Shown here: piece by piece, positions 26,998-33,059 of the stretch | How the letters are laid out: each line of letters begins with the position of its first letter | Numbering within the stretch: the stretch's first letter is position 1 | Source of the DNA: Calditrichota bacterium | GTDB taxonomy: Bacteria; Zixibacteria; MSB-5A5; GN15; FEB-12 | Assembly: GCA_008501655.1 (NCBI GenBank) | Contig: QQUK01000350.1 | Coordinates: forward strand, 1 to 33,059 | DNA: 33,059 nt | Reading direction: 5' to 3' | Made by a program: the position numbers and the translations under genes | The notes under the pieces: generated by a model | What the model saw: only the letters and a program-made list of their open reading frames with translations | The model's database searches: none | Told to the model about the DNA's origin: nothing

Positions 26998-29955
26998 TTA
27001 TCCGTGATGTTCCGTTTGAGACTCCTGCGCACCCGGCATATTTTTATTTTTATTCCGGATTTTAGCAAGATATGTCGTTCTCGGACGGACATTCAACTCA
27101 CCCAACAATGCATAGTTTCTGTTGCGCTGTTTAATTCTGACTACATCAGATTCTTTATCCATCAAATCACCAAAAGCGATTGCATTTGCAGGACATGCCT
27201 GCTGACAGGCAGCGACAACTTCACCATCTTTGATTCTTCTATCATCTTTTTTCGCTTCTATTTTAGCTTTACTGATGCGCTGGACACAATAGGTGCATTT
27301 TTCCATCACACCGCGGGAGCGAACTGTTACATCCGGATTCATCGCCATTTTGACGATTTCCGGTGTTTCCTTGGTAAAGTTGAAGAAATTAAAACGGCGA
27401 ACTTTATACGGACAGTTGTTGGAGCAATACCGGGTACCTATACAGCGGTTGTATACCATTGTATTAAGACCTTCGTCATCATGAACAGTAGCCGCAACCG
27501 GGCAAACCTGCTCACAAGGGGCAAGTTCACAATGGTGACAGGCAACCGGCTGGTGGACCATTTCTACAGATGATGAATCATCTACATCACCGGCGAAATA
27601 ACGATCGACACGAATCCAATGCATTTCACGACCATTCCGTACTTCTTCTTTTCCGATAATCGGAATATTATTTTCAGACTGACAGGCGATTGTACAGGCA
27701 TTACATCCAGTACAGGTAGTCAAATCTATCGCCATACCCCACTGATAACCTTTATCATATTTAAACTCATCCCACATCGATTCAAGAGGCGGATGATGTA
27801 CCGCATGCGGTGCAAATTCGGGATGACCTTCATAGTAATCTTTTGTAGCTTCACGAATAATCGGCCGTTCTTCCATTGACCAGTGATCCTGGACATTGGC
27901 AATTTCATAAGTCCGACCGGTTCCGGCAATCGTAACACCGGAGGCAAAATCCATTGTAGAAGCTGTCCGAAGCGGATAAACATCATGCCCGGCATCTTCA
28001 GCAACACGGCCGATACCTTTGCGTCCGTACCCAAGAGCAACAACAACCACATCATCTGCGGTACCCGGAACGATCCAAAGGGGCATTTGGACTTCGGCAT
28101 CGTTAACTGAAAGTGTAATTAAATCTTCGGAGTTAAAACCAAGCTTGTCGGCAGTCTTTTTAGAAACCTGAGCAACATTATCCCAGGCAACTCTTGTAAC
28201 GGTATCAGGAAGTTCCTGGAGCCAGCCGTTATTTGTAAAACGACCGTCATACACAGCTGGAGAAGCAGCAAAAATAATCTCGTAACCATCTTCATCACCA
28301 GAACCAGGAGAATTAATATTTTTTAACTTAAACGAAATCGATTCTGAGTTTAATGAAGAATTAGCCAGAAGACCATCGTGCAAGACCTTTTTCCAGCCTT
28401 TTTCAAATTCACCGGAAATCATCGGCTTCCATGTTTCCTGAACTATATCATGCCCGGATAACAATTCTCCGCTATTGATAAGATTCAGCATCTCAACCGA
28501 AGACTTTCCGTCAAACAAAGGAGCAATCAATGGCTGAACGACTGATACTGTTCCGTCCGCTGAACGGGCATCGGACCAGTATTCGAGATAATGTGATGCC
28601 GGGATATGCCAGGTGGCATGCTTTCCGGTGGCATCATTATAAAGACCGGTATGAATCACTGTTTCGACTTTTTTCATTGCCGAAGCAAACTTTAAATCTG
28701 AAGGTGCATTGTAAATTGGATCCCCACCCAACACCAGCAACGTTGAAACAGAACCGGTTTTCATTTTTTCTGTGAGCACTTGTAAATCAGAGATATGAGA
28801 AACAGAGACATCCGTCAAATTAGTATAGGTAACCGTGTTACCGTTGTTTTTCAGAACATCATTGATACCGCAGACCAAAGCATGAATTTGCGCAGACATT
28901 CTTCGTCCTGCTACAACCAATGACTTTCCACTGTTAGCCAGTAAATCTTCAACAAGGGGGTCAAGCCAGGCTTGACTGGCATCAGGTAAATTTATATTTG
29001 CGCTAACAACACCAAGTTTATCAGCTAATGCATGTACAAACCGATCAATTTCTTTCTGCTTGAGAACCAGACGATGATCAGCTGATGCTCCGGTTGAAGA
29101 AAATGCCGATTCGACCATGTATAATCGATTCATTTCAGAATGTTCATCATCAAGGTCTCTTCCGGCAGCAAATCCGGCATTGGCATTTATATTCTCAGAT
29201 TCAGTCTGAGTAAAATCAGAATCTATCGATAAAATAACTTTTGCTTTACTATAATCATAAATCGGCCGGACATCTTTATTAGTGGCAATTTTCAGCCCAT
29301 CAAAAATATTAGCATCAGAAACCGGCTCATACGTCGCCCAGACAGCTTTCGGATATACTTTTTCAAACGCTTTTTTCAAACGAGCCATTGTCGGCGAAGA
29401 GAATGATTCGGAAACAACAGCCAAACCGTCACCATTGTTAGCGCGGTATACATTATATTTTTCCGCCCAGAAAGTCAGGAAATCAGCAAATTCTTTTTCT
29501 TTCCCTTTTTCAAGGACTTTTTGTGACCTATCCGGATCATACAAGCCTAATATAGAAGCTTGAATCAAAGCATTTGACGATCCGTTAGAAGACGGATGCA
29601 TCTTATTACCTTCGATTTTAGTCGGACGACCTTCGTGACTTTCCACTACTATACCGTACGCTGAAGTACCTAACGGCATCGTAGAAGCATATTGTCTGGC
29701 AACACCGGGAATGACTTCTTCCGGCGGTTTGACGTACGGGACAATTTTCTCTTTTGGTCTCCGGCAACCGGCAATTCCTGCCATCGCAACTGAAGCACCC
29801 ATCAACGTCATAAAATTACGACGCGACCAGTCATTGTTCATTTCGGATGCACCCTCAGGAAACTCACGGGCTGTTTTCTCTTTGTATTCATCCGTAGCAA
29901 TCAGATGGTCAAGAGAACGGAAATATCTTTTTTCTTTGTTATTATCTTTTTTCAT
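26998..29955 (-). CDS. actB: alternative complex III subunit ActB (molybdopterin-oxidoreductase-like domain fused to 4Fe-4S ferredoxin domain)
   Basis: Twin-arginine signal SRRNFMTLMGASVAMAGIAGC, with a possible lipobox IAGC. ActB1 signature VPYVKPPEEVIPG...GRPTKIEGNKMHPSS...ILGLYDPDR, without an N-terminal FS0 Cys cluster. C-terminal FeS motifs: CTGCNACTIAC, CHHCELAPCEQVCP, CIGTRYCSNNCPY and ACQQACP. The ATG at 29955 overlaps the actA stop (ATGA). Alternative starts are ATG 29964 and TTG 29973 (the ORF-track start). Confidence 0.93.
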   Translation of the reverse strand: MKKDNNKEKRYFRSLDHLIATDEYKEKTAREFPEGASEMNNDWSRRNFMTLMGASVAMAGIAGCRRPKEKIVPYVKPPEEVIPGVARQYASTMPLGTSAYGIVVESHEGRPTKIEGNKMHPSSNGSSNALIQASILGLYDPDRSQKVLEKGKEKEFADFLTFWAEKYNVYRANNGDGLAVVSESFSSPTMARLKKAFEKVYPKAVWATYEPVSDANIFDGLKIATNKDVRPIYDYSKAKVILSIDSDFTQTESENINANAGFAAGRDLDDEHSEMNRLYMVESAFSSTGASADHRLVLKQKEIDRFVHALADKLGVVSANINLPDASQAWLDPLVEDLLANSGKSLVVAGRRMSAQIHALVCGINDVLKNNGNTVTYTNLTDVSVSHISDLQVLTEKMKTGSVSTLLVLGGDPIYNAPSDLKFASAMKKVETVIHTGLYNDATGKHATWHIPASHYLEYWSDARSADGTVSVVQPLIAPLFDGKSSVEMLNLINSGELLSGHDIVQETWKPMISGEFEKGWKKVLHDGLLANSSLNSESISFKLKNINSPGSGDEDGYEIIFAASPAVYDGRFTNNGWLQELPDTVTRVAWDNVAQVSKKTADKLGFNSEDLITLSVNDAEVQMPLWIVPGTADDVVVVALGYGRKGIGRVAEDAGHDVYPLRTASTMDFASGVTIAGTGRTYEIANVQDHWSMEERPIIREATKDYYEGHPEFAPHAVHHPPLESMWDEFKYDKGYQWGMAIDLTTCTGCNACTIACQSENNIPIIGKEEVRNGREMHWIRVDRYFAGDVDDSSSVEMVHQPVACHHCELAPCEQVCPVAATVHDDEGLNTMVYNRCIGTRYCSNNCPYKVRRFNFFNFTKETPEIVKMAMNPDVTVRSRGVMEKCTYCVQRISKAKIEAKKDDRRIKDGEVVAACQQACPANAIAFGDLMDKESDVVRIKQRNRNYALLGELNVRPRTTYLAKIRNKNKNMPGAQESQTEHHG

Positions 29956-30599
29956 CGATGGCATCCTGAACAATTTACCGGTGGTGAGATATTTTTCTCT
30001 TTTATCATTTGCTGTGCGAACTCATCCTGATTTTCCGGTTTTTCCCAATACATATTGGTAACTTCATCCACAGGTCTCAGATTCGGACCCGGATTCCGGT
30101 GACAATCAAGACACCAACTCATAGAAAGAGGCTCCTGCTGGGTCACTTTTTCCATTTCAGCAACATTACCATGACAGCTGATACAGCTTACACCGCGGTC
30201 AATATGTATAGAGTGATCAAAATAAGCATATTCGCCGACTTTATGAACCCGTACCCATTCGATAGGCATATCGGTCTGCCAGCTTTCGCGAACCTTTGCT
30301 AACTTATCAGAATCAGCTTTTACCAATGTATGACAATTCATACATGTTCTGGTTGGGGGGACATTAGCAACGGCTGATTTTTCAACGGAGACATGACAGT
30401 ACCGGCAATCGATACCTAAATCTCCGGCATGTAACTTATGGGAGTATTCCACCGGCTGCTCCGGTCTGAACCCGACATCGGTGTACTTCGGAGACCCGAA
30501 ATACCAGAAAAATCCGACACCGCCGATACCGACAACCGCTGCTCCTACAGCTAAAAATAAGGGGATTCTGTTTGTCCACTCAGGAAATATCTGCGCCAA
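29952..30599 (-). CDS. actA: alternative complex III subunit ActA (membrane-anchored pentaheme cytochrome c)
   Basis: 215 aa with an N-terminal TM helix and five CxxCH motifs (CRYCH, CMNCH, CISCH, CLDCH, CSGCH). TTG start at 30599 with AGGA upstream; there is no in-frame ATG. Confidence 0.92.
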   Translation of the reverse strand: MAQIFPEWTNRIPLFLAVGAAVVGIGGVGFFWYFGSPKYTDVGFRPEQPVEYSHKLHAGDLGIDCRYCHVSVEKSAVANVPPTRTCMNCHTLVKADSDKLAKVRESWQTDMPIEWVRVHKVGEYAYFDHSIHIDRGVSCISCHGNVAEMEKVTQQEPLSMSWCLDCHRNPGPNLRPVDEVTNMYWEKPENQDEFAQQMIKEKNISPPVNCSGCHR

Positions 30600-30667
30600 T
30601 TATCAATCCTAAATTTCTATTCCCAAACCTCAAAAAGGTTTAATTATCTATCACACAATCGAAGCCA

Positions 30668-30696
30668 AACATAGAGCAAAGAGACAGTAAAGTCAA
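30668..30696 (-). promoter_or_regulatory. sigma70-type promoter of the act-cta respiratory cluster
   Basis: The minus strand reads TTGACT (30696-30691), 17 nt, TATGTT (30673-30668), about 65 nt upstream of the actA start. Confidence 0.45.
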
Positions 30697-30868
30697 CAGA
30701 AAAAAGACGTTTAAGAACCAATTAGTCCATTTATTCCGTTCTTTTTATGTCTCTCTATTTATCGGGCTAAGTATTAGTCAATATTCTAGTTAATCTCTTA
30801 TAAAAATCAACAAGAAAAAATAGACTATTTTGTTTTTATTCTATCTCCGTTTAAATCAAACTAACTTT

Positions 30869-31729
30869 TTAAAAAATAAATCCATCAATTACAATAGCAG
30901 TAAAAAGACCAAACAAGTAGAGTATCGAATACCCGAACAAACCTTTGAATAATTTTTCATTACCGTGCTTCAAAGCTTTGTATGATTTTTTTATCAGGAT
31001 AACACCTAACAGCACTGCTATCGTCATATAAAACCAGCCGGCACCAAAAGCTAATAGCGATAGGCTGGTAGCAAACAGAATGAAACTATATATAAGAATC
31101 TGTTTCAGCGTTGATTTATCACCACGTACAACCGGCATCATAGGAAGTTTTGCTTTTTTATAGTCATCCTGACAAAAAAGAGCAAGTGCCCAGAAATGCG
31201 GTGGAGTCCAGAAAAAGATTATAGCAAACATAATCCAGGGGACGATATCCATATGTCCGGTAGCAGCCGTCCATGAACCAACCGGTGCCATCGCTCCGGC
31301 AATACCGCCGATGACTATATTCTGATCTGTGTTCGGTTTCAGATATAATGTATAAAAGAGTGAATAGAATAAGATTGTAGCCAAAGAAAGCCCTGCAGTC
31401 AGCCAGTTAAAGAAAAATCCGAAAATCAACACACCGATAACTCCGATAGAAACCGAAAAGATAAGAGCGTGGGTTGAATTTAAACGACCGGATGGTAAGG
31501 GGCGACGGCTTGATGTACGGGTCATCTTACTGTCTATCTCCCGTTCTAAATACTGATTGAGTGCATTGGCACAGCCGCCGGTCAGATAAAGGGCAAAAAG
31601 ACAAAGGAAAAAATGTAACGGCCGAGACAACATTGAACCCTCAAGTATCAATGCTGCAGACCCGGTAAAGATGACTAAAAACATGATTGTCGGTTTAGTC
31701 AGCTGTATGTAATCTTTGATAAGTTTCAT
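30869..31729 (-). CDS. ctaB: protoheme IX farnesyltransferase (heme O synthase)
   Basis: 286 aa, UbiA-family polytopic protein with NALNQYLEREIDSKM (NxxxDxxxD-type) and the GGIAGAMAPVGW / FFWTPPHFWALA motifs typical of CyoE/CtaB. Confidence 0.93.
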   Translation of the reverse strand: MKLIKDYIQLTKPTIMFLVIFTGSAALILEGSMLSRPLHFFLCLFALYLTGGCANALNQYLEREIDSKMTRTSSRRPLPSGRLNSTHALIFSVSIGVIGVLIFGFFFNWLTAGLSLATILFYSLFYTLYLKPNTDQNIVIGGIAGAMAPVGSWTAATGHMDIVPWIMFAIIFFWTPPHFWALALFCQDDYKKAKLPMMPVVRGDKSTLKQILIYSFILFATSLSLLAFGAGWFYMTIAVLLGVILIKKSYKALKHGNEKLFKGLFGYSILYLFGLFTAIVIDGFIF

Positions 31730-31940
31730 TTTTAATATCTATTATAAACTAAACCAACTACCCTACTTTCACTTTAATAGAGGCAATGAGTCCAGTTTTG
31801 CCCGAGCAATATACATAAATAAAATTTATTGACTACTCTTTTTTCAACTAATTTTAAATATTTATTCATTATTTTATCGCAATATATTAACTTCTCAATA
31901 GTATTATAATTATTGAGATAACCAAACGTTGGGAAGATAC

Positions 31941-33059
31941 ATGACTAATAGAATCTACTATTTCAGCGCAGTTTTAATTTTGTTTTTAAGTACACTCACT
32001 CAAGCGGAAACAATAACCGGAGTTGTAAAAGATGCTGATACCAAAGAACCTATCGCATTGGCTACCATACTTGTACCTACAACCAACCAATCAATTTTGA
32101 CAAACGATGAAGGTGAATTCTCTTTAAAACTGAAACCGGGAACTTATACAGTAAAATTCAGTCACGTTGCATTTTATACCCACACAGAGGAGATTACAAT
32201 TAACAGTAATCTCGATTCACTTGTTATATATCTGAATCCAGCCCTCATTGAAATATCCCCTATTAATGTATACGAACGAAATTATGATGCAGCACAGATA
32301 ATCATACGAAATGCCATTAAACGAAAAGATGACATCCTAAAACAGTTAAGTAATTACAGCTTTGATGCTTACACCAAACTTGCTATCTACGACACAGCAA
32401 AAGCTGATTCAATAAGTATGCTTATGCTTACCGAAACCCAGTTGACCGGATACTGGAAATATCCAGATACATATAAAGAGATAATCACCGCCCGAAAACA
32501 ATCTGCCAACATTGATGCCGCTGATAATCTTGTTACCGTCGGCGAGATTCTCAATTTCAACAAAAACAGAATTGATATGGGCAGATATTCGATTGTATCA
32601 CCAACAGCTAACGATGCCCTCGATTATTATAACTATTATCTGCTTGATACCATCTTTATAGATTCAAATCGAGTATTTCTACTTGAGGTTGAACCAAAAA
32701 GCAATACGACTCCTTTATTCATCGGAACCCTGCAGATCGTTGATTCAGTATACGCGGTAACAGGCGTTGACTTCTCTTTAAATGAAGGCTTCGATAACCC
32801 GGTTATTAAAAAGATGAGTTTCTATCAGGAGTTTCAAAAATACGAAAATGAATACTGGATGCCGACCATTATTAAATATAACGGAATTGTCGATATCCCA
32901 TTTCCCGGACTTCCTACAATTTCATTTGACTACACAGCTGCTCTGCATCAGTATCATTTTGAATCTAAAGATGAGGATTCCGTATTTAATGAGTATGCTC
33001 TTGAAGTTGATCAACTTGCTGATGATATCGATTCAACAGCATGGTATGCAAATCAGTTA
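31941..33059 (+). CDS. CarboxypepD_reg-domain / DUF5686-like outer-membrane-associated protein, 5' part (runs off right edge)
   Basis: My hand translation from ATG 31941 gives 373 codons with no stop to the window end. Signal peptide MTNRIYYFSAVLILFLSTLTQA. The following ITGVVKDADTKEPIALATILVPTTNQSILTNDEGEFSLKLKPGTYTVKFSHVAFY is the carboxypeptidase-regulatory-like fold signature. Absent from the ORF track because it is open-ended. Confidence 0.75.
   Translation, partial: MTNRIYYFSAVLILFLSTLTQAETITGVVKDADTKEPIALATILVPTTNQSILTNDEGEFSLKLKPGTYTVKFSHVAFYTHTEEITINSNLDSLVIYLNPALIEISPINVYERNYDAAQIIIRNAIKRKDDILKQLSNYSFDAYTKLAIYDTAKADSISMLMLTETQLTGYWKYPDTYKEIITARKQSANIDAADNLVTVGEILNFNKNRIDMGRYSIVSPTANDALDYYNYYLLDTIFIDSNRVFLLEVEPKSNTTPLFIGTLQIVDSVYAVTGVDFSLNEGFDNPVIKKMSFYQEFQKYENEYWMPTIIKYNGIVDIPFPGLPTISFDYTAALHQYHFESKDEDSVFNEYALEVDQLADDIDSTAWYANQL

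Noticed and set aside
26905-27573. 222-aa plus-strand ORF antisense to the actC/actB junction (also 26564-26947, 27619-27879, 29711-30061)
   Set aside because: It is the mirror image of the FeS-domain coding region. The sequence is low-complexity and Cys/Phe/Ile-rich, typical of antisense frames in AT-rich genes, with no independent signals.
26998-29973. ActB as the catalytic subunit of a polysulfide/tetrathionate/DMSO-type molybdoenzyme
   Set aside because: The neighbours are the full ACIII set: pentaheme ActA, NrfD-like ActC and ActF, DUF3341 ActD and monoheme ActE. The N-terminus lacks the FS0 Cys cluster, and the oxidase genes follow directly.

Overview
This 33-kb window comes from a low-GC bacterium and is almost entirely minus-strand housekeeping and energy-metabolism genes. 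All calls rest on motif recognition by eye, hand translation and hand coordinate counting; no searches were run.

Contents, left to right:
(i) The yceD-rpmF-plsX-fabH-fabD lipid/ribosomal cluster (1-2843).
(ii) Three small accessory membrane genes (3045-6063): a TonB-C-like protein, an EamA/DMT transporter and an MscS channel. Their spacers carry GC-rich palindromic hairpins.
(iii) A complete ten-gene F1Fo ATP synthase operon, atpZ-atpI-atpBEFHAGDC (6269-13496).
(iv) One plus-strand 841-aa secreted protein of unknown function with a T9SS-type C-terminal sorting domain (13807-16332).
(v) A ~14-kb co-directional respiratory cluster (16334-30599): actABCDEF (alternative complex III), a 104-aa membrane ORF, SCO, ctaCDEF (A2-type caa3 oxidase), ctaA, SCO and DUF420. 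It is preceded by ctaB (30869-31729).
(vi) The 5' part of a CarboxypepD_reg/DUF5686-like gene (31941-33059, open-ended).

The T9SS tail plus ACIII/caa3 suggest an FCB-group organism. Clear Shine-Dalgarno sites and TTGACA/TATAAT-type promoters argue against classical Bacteroidia, and the taxon cannot be fixed by eye. Several genes have only non-ATG starts: atpB TTG, atpH GTG, actA TTG, actC GTG, SCO-like GTG.

I found no CRISPR array, RNA gene, mobile element, defence or toxin-antitoxin signature, and no convincing evidence for an undescribed multi-gene system. This looks like a core oxidative-phosphorylation neighbourhood. The items most worth a second look are modest:
- the uncharacterised 104-aa membrane ORF inside the ACIII-oxidase cluster;
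- the 841-aa T9SS cargo wedged between the two big operons;
- a small family of GC-rich hairpins confined to the accessory spacers;
- a near-consensus promoter that abuts the yceD start codon;
- a long plsX/fabH overlap.
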